Positions 50,698 through 64,000 of a DNA stretch of 64,000 bases are shown here, piece after piece. Numbering within the stretch: position 1 is the stretch's first letter; each line of letters begins with the position of its first letter. A program made the translations under genes and the position numbers. Source of the stretch: Lama glama (taxonomy: Eukaryota); contig CM052816.1 of NCBI GenBank assembly GCA_028534125.1, forward strand, positions 77,874,001-77,938,000. Direction: 5' to 3'. Below the pieces are notes generated by a model. It made no database searches and had not been told where the DNA came from. It was given only the letters and a program-made list of their open reading frames with translations.

Positions 50698-52389
50698 GTA
50701 AGAACCGTTCCCTCCCCGAGGGGTCACCCCACGCGCCGCTCGCACGCACCCCAAGTCCGCCTGGACCGCAGTGTGGCCTCCTGAACTCAGGGCAGAGCCG
50801 TGCTGGCACTCGAGCCCTCCCCCCACCGCCATGCGTAGCTACCTGTTGGTGCCCAAAGGCCCCAACACCTAGTCTGTATATGGCACGTGCTGGTTTTGCC
50901 CAGCACGGAGCGTAGCACATTTTTCTGCCCATCGTTTAGCATTCTGATGAACAGATGTTTTCCCCATCGCTACCACCACCATAGGAAAAACCACAGTTGT
51001 CCCCTTTTCTTTGCTTCCCCATCACACATGTACACCCCGTTTTTTCTTCCAAAGCCCTCTTTATCTGTTTGGGTGTGCCTGGCTCTGCTGTGTTCTGAAA
51101 ACAGTTGCATTTCCATCCTAAACCGCCCCTGCAGGGAAAGAGGCTGAGGTTTCACAAAACCAAGCCAGAATCAGAGAAAACACAGAAGGGCCTTGATTTC
51201 CAGAACAAGCATCTGGGCAGTGTCAAATCTGTTCAGAAAAGTTCCGGTTCTAGAAAGACAACGGTAAATAGTGCTAGCCGGGACTAGGGGGAAAAGCTGG
51301 AGTTCACTCCCCACATGAGATTGTTAACTTAAAGGCCAGGTTATTCATATTAGAAAACAAGTCTGTGATCTGCCTCTCAAAAATGTCTTTGATGGCAGTT
51401 TATGAGGGCATGTCAACTCTGATTTGATATAATTTATCCTCAGAAGTGTATCTATTGCGTAAAGCGAAGTATGCTACGTCTCAAGTTACAGATTATCAGG
51501 GAGGTAAGTGGCTAACAAAGGCAGCAATAGAAAATTTGACACGACCACAAACTAAAGCAGTAGTGAGCCGGATCCAGGATGTCATCCTGGCTACTCCCCA
51601 CTCCTCTAGTTATTTTGCATTTGAAACCCACTGTGCTCATAGGCACAGTAGAAAGGGTCCCACAGGTCAACTATATGCTAAGAGTCCCTCAAACCTTGTG
51701 GCCTTGGGCTGAAAGCAGCCCAGGAAATGTGATGTGTTTTATTCTGCGCTAAATTACAACAATAAAAGCATCTTCTTCCGGAAATCCCAAGAAAAAGTGC
51801 GTTTTTCTAAGGCAAATTAAGACTTCAAGAGTGACTTAGAACATGGTTGATCCCTGAAAGTAAAGTAACTGTTCCAAGAGTTTCTGTCAATTAGTTGTAT
51901 AAATCTGTTTTTAAGGGCTTTGATTTGTTGAAACCGAATTTCCATCTTAGTGTATATTAAATGTTTTCCCAATAGAAACTTATATTTTAAGTGCCCCTTT
52001 GTGCCATTGTCTTCAAAACAGTACCCATAAGAGCTGAGCCAGTGGCTTTTCATTCATTCAGACAGCTTAGTTCAGAGGAACAGGAACACAGTGGGAGGTA
52101 ATAGTTTTCTGGAGAGAAAAATGACTGTGCCTGATTATGATGCTGATTAAATCATGGAGATTTCATTAGCATGTTAGTATCCTGTCTACCTAGGCTTATT
52201 TAATGCTGGCTCCTAGTTCCGGCTCTGCTTTCCGCTAACTCTGTGACTTTGGACAAGTTACTTACTCACTATAGAACTCAATGACTAGTTTCCAACTGTA
52301 CAGTAAAGAGGAGGCCTTTCCACTCCAAAATGCCAATGACTATGAGATTTGCCCCACCCCCGGGCTTCACGCCCCTATCCTAACCATCC

Positions 52390-52575
52390 TTTGAGAAGAG
52401 ACTCATAAGAAAAGACCCCTACTCACTGGACTCACCTGGGGAACTTTAACAAACACTGACGTTGGGCTTCATATCGAGATTCAGATCTAACTGGTTTGGG
52501 ATGTGCCTGGCACCGGGGTGGGGGGTGATGTAGACAGTCCCCAGGTGAATCTAATATGCAGTCAGGGTTGAATCA
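52390..52575. mobile_element. MER5-like hAT fragment
   Basis: ctcacctggggaacttt...ccccaggtgaatctaatatgcagtcagggttga. Confidence 0.7.
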
Positions 52576-54429
52576 CTATGACCTGATAATACCCTAAGAA
52601 AATCTGTGCCTCATATAAGGTACAGTCAGTCACAAAGCCAGCAAGGTAGCATTAATCCTACTGACTGGGGGTGGGGGTAGGGGCATGTTGTGGGGGAAGG
52701 GAGATTACTTCCCTTTTCCAAAATGGATGTTCAGTCATCAATGGACAAGATTCTGACTATTCTATTTACATTTGAACCGGCAGAACACACCCGATTCTGT
52801 TTTATCTATGGGAAGACCCAATAGATCCTTGAAAGAGAAATGTTCCCAAAGAGAAAGTGAGCTGCATTCTAAGCCAAATTGACTTCTTTCCAGGTATGTT
52901 CAATTCGGTAGCAAGCTGTCAGTGCGGGGAAGGCAGAATAATGACAATGTGCAGACTTTGAACACTCAACCAGTGTCAACATGCCCCTGTCACAGTGCTG
53001 ACATTTATATCCTGCACTGTACACCGTGCAACTGGTTAAGGCTTACATAGAAAAACATTAAGTCACTCATTTCATCTGAAAATAGAAAGTACCGTAAATA
53101 CTGGTCCCTCCTCTTCTCAAATGCTTGTAACCTAGTGACTGAGCAAAAGCTCTTTTGTGCCACCTTGAGTCATTCTGTCCTATTCAAAGGGGGCTGGACT
53201 GTACCCTGTCCACACACTCACCCTTGAGGTTGCATGTGTTCTGTTGGTTCTGAGGTAAATGAAACAGCCAGAATTCTGTTCCTAGCATTATCACAGGCTG
53301 AACTAACCAAATAGAATTCCTAACTGTCTCTCTTGCTTGCATAGAGGTTGACTATAAAGTTTATGGACTGTGGCTGCCTCCTGTAGCAACTTTGAACTTG
53401 TCTAAGCTCAAGGACTTGTGATTTTTCCTTTTGGGGCATCTAAGACTTTTCATTTTTGCCATATTTGTTCTTGTATTTTGCTTTTTACCAGTATCTTCTC
53501 CAAAGGGCAGTTACATCAGACCTGAGGAATATAGAAGGTAATATTTGCAAATGTCATAGCATTTTAGAACCAAAAGGTAACCCCTGTGGTCCCTAAAGAT
53601 GTAAAGCAGCTTGTCCAAAGTGCCAGAGTTTCATGATGGCAGAAGATAGTCTGCTGAAGCCAGAACCAGAGTTTCTCCAAATCACTGAAACACAGAGTGT
53701 TCAGTTTTGCTACCTAAGGAAAACACTTTATGTGGGAGGAAGTTTTCACTAATAACTAAAACTGTGTTGCACAAGGTTGTCTGAACTTACTAAAGATTAG
53801 TTAATTGTACTCATACACCAGATCTCAGCTATGTGTGGCTGCTCTAAATGTGTTTCACAGGTGAAAGCATAAAGTGCATGTTGCTTTTAAAAATTGTGAT
53901 CTTAAAGCACATAATCATTCAACAAATAGTTAATGTGTGCCTGTATGTACCAGGCACTGTCCCAGGTGCCCAGGAATCCTTGGCACACAGACAAAAGCCC
54001 CTGTCCTTATGAAACATACTATCTAGTAAATGTACAATGTCTGGTTCAATTTGGTAGCATTGTAAACTTAAGCATGAAGAAACTTGGGCTAGAAAGGCGA
54101 GCTCTTTGTGGGACTAAAAGCCAACTAGAAGAAACACTGAGCATTCTGAGATTATAATTGCAGGTAATCCACAATTTATTTTAATATAATAGGATGATAT
54201 TTTACCAATTTGGTAGGAAGTCACAAAATTTCGTATAGAAACAATCATGAAAATCAAGCTATCAAGTTCCCAGCCTAGCCCACAAAAATCTATGTAAGCC
54301 ATGATATAACTGAGATATAATTCACAATATTGTTAGGCTAGAGTCTCTTCCCAGGTTGCCAGGTCCCGTAATCTGGAAAAGAGGGCACAGTGCAACAAAT
54401 CATGGAATTTCAACAGGCAAAAGCTCGAG

Positions 54430-54595
54430 TTCACACATTCAGATCAGACTAGGGTTTGGATCCCAGCCTTGCCACCTAACCAGCTGTCACTTAACGCTCT
54501 TAAACCTCAGTTTCCTCATCTGTAAAACAGGAGTAATGTTAATCCTGCCTCACGGGGCTGCTGTGAGAGTTACATGAGATGAGGCTTTGTAGAGC
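54430..54595 (+). mobile_element. MIR SINE
   Basis: gggtttggatcccagccttgccac...aacctcagtttcctcatctgtaaaacagg. Confidence 0.88.
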
Positions 54596-57500
54596 CCTTG
54601 TGTGCCCTGTATCAGCTATTGTACTTGCCACCCTCCTCCTCCTGACAGCCCCTCCCCATGAATGCCTGTTCTCCCGCTGCAGGCTTTCACTTCAGCCTCT
54701 GCCAAGACAGCGCTCTAAATGGTGGAATTTCAAGCAGCGCAACAAAGTACAGAGAGTGAAAGAAATGCAGGCCTTGCGGGGAGGCTATTTTGAGCCCCAC
54801 AGTCAGTCAGTTGGTCAGCACGTAGGCAGGCCAGCCTCGCCTGGGATTCTGCCCCCACCCCGCACCCCGGGTCAACTGCCTCTGGCTCTTCCCAGGTTTC
54901 ACAGCCCCTCCCCTTTCCCATTCTCTGAACCCACATAGTTCCTATGGAATTTTCCCCACCAGATTCCCATGGTTGTGTTGGGGAGACCCTCTTCCCCCAT
55001 GGGGAGAAGGGAGCCCGGACAGACTCAGATCCTTGTTTGTAAGAGAAGACGGGGCTGTGAGTTGCAGGCTACCTGTATTGAGTTAGAGTGTTTCTGTTTT
55101 AAGTGAGCCTAACTGGGTATTTAATTTCAGATGTTTCACAAACCCAGCAAAAAGTTGTTAATGAATTTAGGGAACTTTCCACCCATCGTTATCCAGCTAG
55201 GAAAGCTTCTAGTGCAATACCCTAGTTAAATGTTAAGCTTTCAAATCTAATGTTATGGAATGTAGAGTTCAGAATAAGTAAGCACCATCCATCTACTGCT
55301 CCTTACTATTTTAGAGGCTCTATGAATAGGCAATATTGTAGTAAAGCACCTAAGCTGGGAAGGCGCTCTGCCACTTGAGATGAGGCTCTTGGAATCAAGA
55401 AATTGCATGTCAGACTTTTAGGAGGCACTGATTCCTCACTTGAGATCTGAGACTAACATCTCACTCTGACCCCAGTCTGAAGACCTATTTCAAACTGTTG
55501 CTGTTTAGAGAACTCTATTTCAGGCTTCATTTGAATTGGCCAGTCTTAGGACCTTAGGCTGATCCAACAGCCGGAGAATTATTCTCAAAAGATTCTATGT
55601 CCACTGATATGAAAATAAAAGTTATCTAGCACTTCCCCCTCCTAATTTCATTTTCATCTCTGTTTCTTTAGCACTTAATGGTCCATAGCCCCTTTATTCA
55701 ATTAAAACACTTTTTTTTTTTAAATTAGTCTCTTGAGCTCAATCAGGAAGCAAGCATTAAATATCTTGCATGCACTAGGTGCTGTGTGGGCATCTGAAAG
55801 GCAAAATTGTGAACTTAAATAGCTGATGATCTGGTTGTAAACTATGGATAGGCAGATGGGTGGGTGGGCGGGTGGGTGGACTGTCAGTCAGACAGATAGC
55901 TGTGTCTACCAGGGGGTTTACATTAACTGCGGTTATGGTAAGAATTTCTGGCAATGAAGTCACTGGGATTTGGAGATCATAGCGGGAAAGAATTCAGGGG
56001 AGAGGGAGGATTTGAGCTGGTACTTGAAAGATGGGTATTAGGAAAGGAAGGAAAAAGGAAAAGGGTACATTCCAGACCAAGGAGAAGCACGATTGGGGAA
56101 GGGGCAGGTGGTGGATACAAGGAGGAGGCCAGCCTGGTCGCCAAGTACTGGGAACAGGTGGCGGGAAGTGGTGTGAAATTTAGGATATCTCTGTAGGTGA
56201 TACCCAGATTATGAGATGCTGTAAAATCCAGGAAAAGAAGGTGCTTGCTCCGTTTTTGATAGCAGCGGGGTGCCACTGGAGTGGCTGAGGCAGGCAGGGA
56301 TCTTGCTGCAAAGCCTTCTTGCTGCAAAAAATACCCAGGCTTCATGAGTCGGGGCTGGAACATAGGCATATTTTTCATTTTGAAGGCTTGTGCCTTTATT
56401 TCTAAAAGGCTTCTCGGCATAGGCATGATTGAATCAACCTATTAATCCTCCAATAAGTGAACAGCTACAGATAAAAACCGGTTAGTATCATAGCACCTCT
56501 TAGCTCTCCACGTGGTAACCCAGTTTTTTCTTGTCCTGAAAATTGAGTAAGTCTGAGAGCTGCAGGGCAGGAGGAGTGTTAGTCTTTCCATTGTACCAGG
56601 GAAGCAATGAGACCTAGAGATTTGCCCAAGGTCACAAGTCTAGTAAGTGCTGAAGCCAGAATTCAAACTTCAGACTTCTAGCCCCAAAGCCAATCATTTT
56701 GGCTTAACACAGACTGTGCTCTCATATTAGTAGCTTAAGAAAACACAAACATCGGCTTGCTAAAAATATACTCCCTAACTGAAACACAGACCTCTAGGAA
56801 AATTGAATGAGCAACCCAGTAAAAAGGAGCAAGGAATATTGTAGTTCCTTTCTTATAGAGCCCTTTCTTTGATTCCTACTGGGCCATCATGAGCCTGGGC
56901 TCATATTACTAGTGGCTACTTCAGAGTCCAAGTCAGGGCGTTTTAGGGAGAGAAACATATATTTCTCTGCATGCTCCTTAATACTGATGCATTTTGCAAT
57001 GAGAGAAGTCTCCCAAACTCCTAGGACAAAGCGAGGTCTCCTCAAATGCTTGACAGGCTGGCAGCCTGCTGGAGGCCTTCGGAAAGGTACTGGCTCTCAG
57101 ACCCTCCTGTTACGCCACGGGGAGTGCACGTGGGAAGCCATGGGTGACCGCCCCGTGGGCCAGAGTGCTCACATCTGTGGAAGTAGGATTAGGTTTGGGC
57201 CACTTTTGGCAATCAGGTAGTCAGCTCAGTAGAGGCAAAACCTACTCTTGTATCATTTTGTAAGATAACTGAGATACAAAGGCATGGTTTTAAAAGTCTT
57301 CAAACATTTTTGCTTTCGAACCTACAAAATAATGTCAAAAAACTATTGCACACTTCTAAGGTGACATCTGCAATTTTTCTAATCACAAGTTTAAATAGTT
57401 GTAACAGATGTAATTTCCAGCCCATTTGGGAACTATATCTGCACTTCAAATATACTTTTGGCAAAAACCTTGGAGCTGCAAATCTAGCTGATTTGATTTG

Positions 57501-57779
57501 TGGAAAACCATCAAATGAATCAGCTCAAACCAATTGATATTTTGATCAGAAAAGGTCCAACCTCATCGTCACTTCAAATACACAGGTTAGTATGCATTCA
57601 TGACAACGATTATACTCCTGGGTTCTAATTGTAAGATGAATAGATGGATGGGTGGATGGACAGACAGGTAGATAAAGCACCATGCCTTGCCATGAGTGCC
57701 TGGCCAGAATAAAGCATGGAACCATCCACTTTGATATTTCTTGGTTTATTCACATGGGACTTTTCCTCAGCATTTATAG

Positions 57780-58240
57780 TACCCTTTCACCAAAATTGAC
57801 CTCTTGTTAGCATTTTGCTTCATTTTTTTTCCCTAAACCATTTGAGAATTGGTTGCAAGCATAACAATAAATAGTTCAGCATATACCTTCTAGAAGCAAG
57901 GACATTATCTTATATAACCACAAGCCAGTTACCAGTCTCAGGAAATTTAACATTTATGCAATACTGTTATCCAATAGATAGTCCATATTCAAATGTCCCC
58001 AGTTGTGGCAATAACACCCTTCGTGGATTTATTTTTTCTTAATCAAGGGTCACAAATTGCATTTGATTGTCATCTCTTTATTCTCCTATAATGTAGAACT
58101 AGCTCCCACGCCTTTTTTTCCCCATATTGACATTTTTGGAAAGTCTAGGCTGTCTTGCCTGCTGTTCTGCAGACTGCCCTTCAGTCTGGATTTGTGTGAT
58201 TGTGTGTGACTAGATTCAGGTACACACCCTTGGAATACTA
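57780..58240 (-). mobile_element. Old L1 (L1MB/MC-like) 3' region
   Basis: aaccatttgagaat...caaggacattatcttatataaccaca...ccatattcaaatgtcccc...ttgcatttgattgtcat. Confidence 0.7.
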
Positions 58241-61200
58241 AGTTCATGATGACTTGTGCTTGCGTCTCGAGCCACTGGTAACAGTTTGTTCCAAGGAGCC
58301 ATGCATGCCTGAGTTGTCCTTATGTGGCACCTGCAAGTCTCTGTTTCCCAAATTTCCCAAACAGTGCCTCAGGTAAAATGAGTGAGATGGGCGTGAGGTA
58401 CGTCTCTCTCGGGAAGGTAGAAGGGTGACTGTGGTGGAAGAACCAGCCGCAGGAGTGTTCATGGGCAGACCAGTTTCAGGACACATCACTTGTGGAAGTT
58501 GAAGATCTGGACACTGATTCTCTTAAAACTACCCATAGACCCTGCAGAAGGAAACCTGCCACCGTTTGCCACTATGTGCCATAGTGGACACATGATATTG
58601 CACGTGGGCTGTGGAATCAGTTCACATTGGTGTGGTTAATTTGGGGGATTTCTAGGAACAGAGATGAGCCAACACAAACTCCCAAGACAGGCCTGCTCCT
58701 TCTGCCCACAGGCAGGGGCCTTCAGGGCCTTCTCCTCTGTGGAACATTCTGGACTAGCATGGAGCCAGTGTCTGCATCACCTCTAGGGTAATCGTGCTGT
58801 GTCCAGAGCCAGCAGAGTTGATCTTCATGCCGCTGCCGGCAATGTCATGTCAGTGAAGAACGATCACCGACAGGAAAACCGTGCGGACTTACTTTGGGTA
58901 CCACTTGTTCAATACTTTCAGGCACTGAGCTGAAAACTTCTCTTCTACCGGTGTGAAGGTGTAACTAGCCCCATTTTGAGGGGAGCCTGGGGTGGCCCAG
59001 GGTTAAGCAACTTGGCCAGACCCTGGACCCAGGAAAATCTGAGCCCAACACTCATCCTCATGATCACAACCACTCCCTGCCAGCCTACGACACCCCTGCG
59101 GGACTCTTCTGGCTACGTCAGAAAGTCAGCGAGGAGAAAAGTCAGGTGTATGCAGCTGTTTTTGAGTGATACAGCTGATTACCTGAAGAGTCTCTGAGGT
59201 TCCAGTAAATTCATTCACTGAGGGCTAGAAAGCCCCTCCTCACATCTGACCAGAGGAATCCATCAAACAGGCTCAAATGATACAGAGCACTTTTCTTTCA
59301 CCCCTTTTGCTCTCTTTTCATCTTCTTAGTCCCTCTTCTTCTTGCCTAAGTCTCTCAGGCCCTTTGAGTTCCTTCTACCTACTGCTCAGTTGGCCGCACC
59401 CTGGGAAGGGCCAGGGGAAGTTGAATGCAGAACCTGGGGGAGTTCTGGGCCCTCTCAGGCTGCAGGGGGGGCCTTGTGGGAAGGAAGAAGCTCCTTTGCT
59501 TTCCAGGTAACTTTAGGGTTTCCCCTCAGAAACTACCTGCCTCTGACAAGGGATTATTTTCCCAAGTGGCTTTTTGTGGGCTTAATTTTACTGGGTAACC
59601 TTCTCGCCCTTCCCTGTTAAGTGTTTATAAGGGCAGTGGCAGGGCTCCTGGGGTGCACTCTTTGGTGTGAGGTGTTTACAGCTGGCTGTGCAGAGCTTTT
59701 AGCTCACACCAGGTGTTCATGGATTAGCTAATAAATGGACACCCTATTGGGTGTTTTCCTGACTTAAAAGCAGAAGAACGGACATCTTCCCCTCAGGGGA
59801 GCCATTCTGTATTACTGTAAAATTATTAGTCTAACTATAATCAAAGTATGGACCACGTAGGTGGAAATCAGAGCAGGGCAATTAGAATCTGAGTAAATGG
59901 CTATAGCCTGTCTTTCCTGGGTGAGGGTTTTTGGCTATTTCTATTCATGGAGTAATTTCCATTACAGTGGTGACAAGTTCTCTGAGTTAAATTGTAGGAT
60001 AAATATCCAAGATAATGGTATAGCTGAGTGTGTGCAATGTTGGTCAAAGTGGATGCAGATGGTATATAAAATGGCATTTTGTGGGTCAAGTGGCCCATAA
60101 AAATATACCCAAGGCTCCTTTCTTCTGTACTGTGAACTGGTTTGTCTTTTCTTCCACCTTGAGAGGATCCAGAAATGCTTTTTTAAAACAACAAAACACT
60201 GGTGTTTTTATAGCACAAATACTTTTCAAATAAACCCGTGTCATGTTTTATTGCCAGCAAACCGCTGGTCATGGAGAATGCTCTGGTAGCTCTGGCAGTG
60301 GTCACAGTGACTTAGTAAATTGCCTCAGGTGGTGACTATTCACGGGAGATTGGATGCTGTGGACCCTTCTTGAATTTAACCCAAGAGCCACGTCTGACCT
60401 GGGTGGTCTATCTAATGCTAGATGAATAGTGGGTCCAAAATAGGAAAGCAGGGGAGCTCATTACCTAATTTGAGATGCAGCAGCATTCCAGTGGTTAGGG
60501 GCCCATGGGCCTTTTTTTATGTATAATTAGTTGAAATAAATGGCAAAATCAACACTTTTAAATAGTAGCAGATGACAGAACTTTGACTTTTTCAGGGAAC
60601 TGGAACATTCTCCTGGACTAACACAGCACATTTCAGAGGTCAATGAAGGTCAAATGAAAACAAGGGTCGACAGCTTCCAAGACCAGCCGTGGGGTCCTCT
60701 CTGTCCATTTGGTAGCAGTTGCCGTGGGTGATTCTAGCCTTGGAGTCCTAAGCTGGGTGTGGCTTAAACCTGCTCAAAGCAGCAAAACCAGAAATGAATA
60801 CAATAGAGATTTTGAGAAAATGGTAGGTTTGGTGTTTGGCCTTTCGGTGATGGGGACTGAAGGGACTGGTATCGTAGGTCCTCTCTGAGGTCATTGGCTC
60901 CATCTCTGCCTTTACAGGAGGAGACTGGGGTGTAAGGATGCCTCCCACTAGTACCTGGGTGTTCTGAGACTCATAATACAGGGTGCTTTCTACATGTCTT
61001 CTCACCTCTCCTAAACAGGACATTGGAAGATGATGAGTTGAGGGACACTTGGTTATTTCAGTCGTAACCAAGATGTTGAGCCAAAGGGCAAACTGAAAAC
61101 ATTGAGAACTGCTTGAACCTAGAAGACCTCTTGCAGGGTCTCCTGGGGCCCCGATGGTGGTGGCTGAGCAGAGCACTGCTGGGGCATCAGCAGGAGGCAG

Positions 61201-61819
61201 TCCCCTCCCTGACGGGGGTGACTGGAAACTAACATCCAGCAGCCCCTTCCCATCTTAGGGTCTTAGCACTGGGGAGGGCACCAGAGAGGGGCTTGCTGAC
61301 CTCAGAAGGGTTAAGTGACTAGTCCAAGGTCACGAGGCTGGGCAGGGGCTGACCCTGGACTGGAATCCCAGGCTCTGTCCTCTCCAGCTCTGCAGTGAGA
61401 TTTTGTCACTTGGTGCCAGCGTGAGTTTGAGGAGCTTCCGGAAACGGGGCCTGTGTGTCTGAATCTGCCACCGCCCTTGGCTGCCAGTTTTCCGGTTTTA
61501 GTTGGGAAATTGCCAGGTCTGCCTTAGAGTGACATGCAAGACCCAGGACGTGGGAGAGATGCCCCTGAACGGCATGCTTTTCCCTTTTGGGACAATTTAT
61601 TGTACTCTGAGGCCTGTCGCAGCCTGACTTCAGAACCTGCTTAGAGCACCTCCGTTCATGCTGAACTTCCCAACATAAAGTGTGTTTCTTCCTGTTGTCA
61701 GCGTGGTAAATGTGTGCAGGTGAAATCAGCACCTCTTGTACTGGTTCCAGGGTGAGTTACCATACGCCCGAGACTTAAACTGCTCGATAGTAGAATTTTT
61801 ACTTTAAAACAGACGGGCA

Positions 61820-62000
61820 GCTTGGAACAGTACAATGAGTTAGAGCTTTGAGACCAAGTCAACTAAGTCCACAGTTACAAGCCACGTGGCCCTGGGCAGA
61901 AATTTGTCTTCTCTGAGCCTCAGTTTCCCAATATATAGAGATAATATGCGATCCCAACTCCAACCTTGCAGGGATGTTGTTGGGTTTAAAGTTAATGTGG
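61820..62000 (+). mobile_element. MIR SINE
   Basis: gtggccctgggcag...ctctgagcctcagtttccc...agggatgttgttgggtttaaa. Confidence 0.75.
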
Positions 62001-62269
62001 GAGAGTCAGCACCCATCCCACCTTTGTATTTGTTGGTAATGCTGTCAAGTGCATCAAGGAAGCTGTCATTTAAAATAGAGGGTGATGAAATTTTGTAATG
62101 TGAGGAATTTTAAAGGTAAGACTCCATTATGTAGTTCTTATACTATTTCAATTTTATTGAAAGAAAATCATATTTGTACCTTGTTGAAAAGTAGAAATAA
62201 CTTATTATAAAAAATGACATTAGCTGGGAGTTTTCTTAAGAGGTTATATAAATCTTAGACTGATCTTTT

Positions 62270-62352
62270 CATATAAATATGCATGCACATGTTTGTATAT
62301 ATGTGTATATGTATGTATGTGCATGTGTGTATACACACACACACACACACAC
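62270..62352 (+). repeat. (TA/TG)-rich + (CA)n microsatellite
   Basis: Directly visible. Confidence 0.9.
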
Positions 62353-64000
62353 AGAGAACTTCTATTTTTCATGTACTTGGTCTGCAGAACAGTTGGTCCT
62401 TTACCTGGGGTAAGAGTAGCAAAGAATATCAGGTTAAATGGCCCCACCCCCAGGGGTTTCCACTGCCTCTTTGCAGACAACCTTTCAGGAGATGCTCCCC
62501 CTGTGAGGCAGGGCTGCCCAGCCCCACAGCGGCCCCAGGTACAGCATCCCCTGGCTTCACACCCAGGGTCTAGCCCACCCCAGAACTAGGCACTACCTGC
62601 AGTGAGGGCATCCTGGCTGCTGGTTCTCCATGCTGCTCACCTGTGTGGCCTTGGCTGAGGCTGTAGTTCACCCCTGTAGACCCCAGCGTATTAACCCTTG
62701 CCCTTCCAGTGCACAGAAGCTGGACACTGTGCACTGAAGGACAGAGACTGGTCCTCCCCAGAGCAAGAAACACCTGGGCCTTCTCTCCAAGGCTCCTGCA
62801 TCCTTGAGGCTGGGAGACAGCTCCTGTAGGAGAGGGCCACTGTGGGTCCGAGGGTCCAGCTCCTTCTCTCCTGGGCCTCTCAGAGCCCACTCCCACTCTG
62901 GGAAAGGGGTCACCCCCTCATTGCTTTGCACACAACCTTGTGCTGCCCCCATCTTGGGCCCACAGCTTGAAGGCAGGCTGAAAACCAGCTTAGACCACCA
63001 GCTAGGCCGGGGTGAGGAGGGGACAACCCAATACGAGTATAAAATGACCCCTTTGATTAAAATATAATTAACCTGTACTGTTTTTAAGAGAAATCTAACA
63101 TTTAGGAGAATACTTTGTCTACTACATGCCAGCTTAGCCAAGATAACGTTTTGCATTATGTGCCTTTTGATTCGGCTGTTACAGGGTACAGGAGGACTCC
63201 GAGTTCTCACCATAGTTCCTGTAAAAACTCAGTTACCTTTACAAGATAGTCAATATCCCAGGTCTTTGTTCCTGAGGTAATGTTACTATTTTTTGCCCAT
63301 AATCGAGGGAGGCGAAGTCTCTGCAGTGAACGGTTTGGTTTGTTCCCAGAGTCTGGCCCAGCACAAGGTTTCGTTTGTTTAAATAACACTGTTTATACAA
63401 AGGACACATCAAAGTTAAAATATTTTACATAGGATAATGCCAAAATATTTGGTTGGACCCGGTAGGATGACTTAAATGCATTTGAGCATTTTGACTTTTC
63501 AAAACCTTTAGCTTTGAGATGTCCATGTTTTCCCAGATATATCCTCCAAGTGGGTCTGGGAAATGAGCACATGTTTGACTTTTTTCTTTTTTTTTTAATA
63601 TGACGCTCCTCTTTTGTGGTTTGCAAGTATTTTACTATCAAAGTTAATGCTAATGAGGGCCATTTGTGTAGCTGACATTCTGCCAAGCCCTTTATAGGAT
63701 GAAGAAGAAAGTGATAGGCCATTAGGTCTTAATTTGGGGAACTAATCCAAACCCAGACTCAAACCCCCTTCTTTCCCCTCACTCAGTGAACTCCAGGAAG
63801 ACAGAGGCAGCTGCGGGCTCCTTGTTTCCTCTCGGGGAGTTTACTTGCCTGGGCAGGATTCAAGGCCTCTACAGAAATGTGAAGGATGGGCTCAGTGAGG
63901 TGTGTGGCGCTCACTGCCCCCCGATGCCTAGTTTTGACAAATTGAGGTCTCTCTATGAATGAATGAACTCAGTCAGCAGCAAAAAGCCTGGAACTAGGAA

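Larger units (their letters stand above)
44800..50900. promoter_or_regulatory. CpG island cluster over exon 1, intron 1 and coding exon
   Basis: Very high GC/CpG density in ~44930-46250, 46700-46930, 47750-48950 and 50040-50900, versus CpG-depleted flanks. Confidence 0.9.
50698..64000 (+). other. GDNF: GDNF large intron (partial; mature-domain exon lies beyond the window)
   Basis: Follows the alpha donor; no SNMPEDYPDQ or cystine-knot sequence seen in the ORF track or by eye. Confidence 0.85.

Noticed and set aside
50046..50915. 289-aa ORF containing the GDNF N-terminus
   Set aside because: It runs through intronic GC-rich DNA on both sides; only 50547-50697 is bounded by splice signals and resembles GDNF.
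44757..50932. Many long overlapping ORFs on both strands (up to 248 aa)
   Set aside because: Expected from stop-codon scarcity in a CpG island; Arg/Gly/Pro/Ala-rich with no recognisable domains.
58569..58587. 8-bp stem hairpin ccactatg-tgc-catagtgg
   Set aside because: Too short for a pre-miRNA; expected by chance.
1..64000. CRISPR arrays, operons, defence systems, horizontally acquired genes
   Set aside because: The sequence is mammalian with eutherian repeats throughout; no repeat-spacer arrays or gene-dense segments seen.

Overview
Mammalian genomic DNA, most likely camelid (inferred from a tRNA-derived SINE at ~30.7 kb and artiodactyl-type L1 3' ends). It contains the 5' half of GDNF (glial cell line-derived neurotrophic factor) on the + strand. 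About 44 kb of upstream, repeat-rich DNA (MIR, L2, L1, MaLR/ERVL LTRs, hAT MERs) is followed by a TATA/CRE promoter (~44.75 kb) and a CpG island. Next come the long non-coding exon 1 (donor after 45880), a 4640-nt intron, and the first coding exon (50521-50697; ATG 50547; alternative donors giving alpha/beta pre-pro-GDNF). The last ~13 kb is the next intron; the exon encoding mature GDNF is not in the window. Nearly all listed ORFs are spurious. I see no wholly new gene system. The most unusual signals are in GDNF itself: (1) a chain of two uORFs joined by stop/start overlaps (TAATG, then ATGA on the main start); (2) an in-frame CUG where, from memory, mouse has an upstream AUG; (3) a substitution that should abolish amidation of the pro-peptide DNSP-11; (4) a donor-less copy of the human 'MQSLPNSN' alternative exon; (5) motif-dense candidate enhancers. 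Repeat subfamily names and boundaries are by-eye approximations, and cross-species comparisons are from memory.
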